A stretch of DNA of 42,392 nucleotides from Octopus bimaculoides (Eukaryota), in assembly GCF_001194135.2 (NCBI RefSeq), contig NC_068985.1, forward strand, positions 74,456,425 through 74,498,816. Reading direction: 5' to 3'. The translations under genes and the position numbers were made by a program. Shown here piece by piece: positions 40,552-42,392 of the stretch. Under the pieces are notes generated by a model that was not told the origin of the DNA, did not search any database, and saw nothing but the letters and a program-made list of their open reading frames with translations. How positions within the stretch are numbered: position 1 is the stretch's first letter; every line of letters starts with the position of its first letter.

Positions 40552-41359
40552 GTGCTGATGACCGCTTATGGTCTTCACCATATACGCAAAACTATTAATG
40601 ATACAGCCTATGATACAAATATCCATTAATATCAAGATACAAAAATAATTATAACTATATTATGTATGTAACCTTAATATTTAGTATATATATACGTACA
40701 TACATACACACATATACATATACATAAACANNNNNNNNNNTATATACATTTATATCATAAATACTTCATAATTTTTGTAATCTTTATAATTTGCATATTA
40801 GCTTTTAGCAACATATTCTATACTCAACCTCTTAATTTGATATATGTAGAACACCCATATAACCCATTTGATAATAGTATAATTATTTATTATACCAATC
40901 ATTATATAAGCAATATTTAACATCAAAATATAAATAAATATACATAATACATTATAAGTATAATTATAAGTATTCACTTAATCTTTTATTCTTTTGATTG
41001 TAACCGTCAATAATTTTCTTTAATTTTTACTTTAATCCTTACTTCTAGTCTACAATATCTATATCATTGTTAAATAGAATATAAATATAACTAACATTGA
41101 ATGGACCCCAAATCTCTATATATTTTATTACATCTACACTTTTGTATACGTGCTAGAATTTTTGGACTCTTCATAGTTTGTTTTTACTTTTTATTTTTTA
41201 TAAATTTTTATATATTTATATTTTTGTATTTATCTTAATTTTTATTAGTTGTTGTATTCTTGAATTTATGACTTGGTTCTTTTAGTGTTTCAATGTGTGG
41301 GTGTGAGGCTTTTGACATGGTTACACACACACATGGATATGAAATAAAAGGAGATCACT

Positions 41360-42044
41360 AGCGGTTTATATTTTGACCTGGGGAATTTGTCCTGTCACAT
41401 TTCTCATCACCTATCACAATTTGCTTTAAAAAAGGCGCGTTTTCATTCCGTTCATAAAGCAAATCACAGATGGAAATGCGATCCAAAATGTTCTTCTCAC
41501 TAAACTCATGTGATACCCAAGCATCGTAGCTCTTTGTGTACCCAAGCTTTACCAGGTGCTCATGAACGACGGATTGTGATAGATTGAGGCTTTCTGCGAA
41601 TTCTCGGGTTGTGCAATGTGGGTTATTCTCAATTAATGACTTGATTTTTCATCATCTGTAGTGGATAGTCTGCCTGATCGCTCTTTATCAATAAGGCTAC
41701 AATCTCCAGCTCGGAACCTTGCGAACCACTTCCGTTCTGTACTTTCGGATAAAGTAATATCGCTGTAAACCGCGCATATTTCTTTGGTTGGTTGTGAGGC
41801 ATTTTCTCTTTACGGAAAAAGAAAAGCATCAAGTGCCGAAAATGAACTTTCTTATTTTCCATTTTCAAGGGTTACAAAATGAACACAGGTAATAGGAACA
41901 TAAACCTTCTTCCACGAAAAGGTAGCTTAAACTATGCTCTAAATGCAGGTGTAGTCAAATCTTATTTTATGGACTCCACCATGTTTAAAAATAAGTCGAA
42001 AGGTAAGCTACTATAAATCGGCCTGAACTTTCCGGACAGCCCAA
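41360..42044 (-). mobile_element. Truncated mariner (mellifera-like) transposon: 5' TIR and N-terminal half of the transposase
   Basis: TA (42045-42046) followed by TIR TTGGGCTGTCCGGAAAGTTCAGGCCGATTT. ATG at 41862: MENKKVHFRHLMLFFFRK / ENASQ..EICAVY..RKWFARFRAGD...ERSGR / KIKSLIENNP...WVSHEF (WVPHEL-like)...FLKQIVIGDEK. Two frameshifts, and it ends just after the first catalytic Asp. Confidence 0.9.
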
Positions 42045-42392
42045 TATAATATAGTATGTAAGATAGGTACGTGTGGATTTCTTTTCAAATAGATTTAATG
42101 TTTAAGTACCATATTTATGTTCAATATTAGCGAAATTTTAAACGTGAACTATGCACTTTTTAATGTAAGTTTGTTTACATTTGAAAATATCTAAACATTG
42201 TTCTGAAATGTGAAATAAGTCAAATAAGCTATTTCGCAACTCAAGACTAAAAAGCACTTCCTTACTTGAAGAGATCTAACAATATATAGATTGTTGCAAC
42301 CTTAAAGTTATAATTATTGATGATTCTGAAATATTGTTATATCTAAACATATATATGTAAGTAGAATACCGTTTTTTTTTTTGGGGGGGGGG

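Overview
AT-rich eukaryotic, repeat-dominated DNA with seven N gaps and dense microsatellites. The SINE families look like those of octopus/cephalopod genomes (recognition from memory, not a search). I find no intact host gene, rRNA, true tRNA or CRISPR array. Contents: (1) a decayed Penelope-like retroelement (PLE) array, ~6.4-11.1 kb, with GIY-YIG endonuclease, RT (YVDD) and three pseudo-LTRs, each ending in a minimal hammerhead ribozyme (HHR); (2) further HHR-like motifs in unrelated repeats, including a 285-bp palindrome whose arms carry an HHR with a compensatory G3:C8 core, an HHR with a ~97-nt loop II, and a tRNA-headed SINE carrying an HHR; (3) a coiled-coil + six-blade NHL (TRIM-like) coding region on the minus strand, broken by three 1-nt frameshifts but with no nonsense codons, apparently nested antisense inside a Chapaev-3-like DNA transposon; (4) an R4/Dong-like LINE 3' fragment, a CR1/L2-group LINE end, a truncated mariner and several tRNA-derived SINEs. 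Most ORFs in the supplied track are microsatellite artefacts. All family assignments come from motif recognition and hand translation, and no database search was run.
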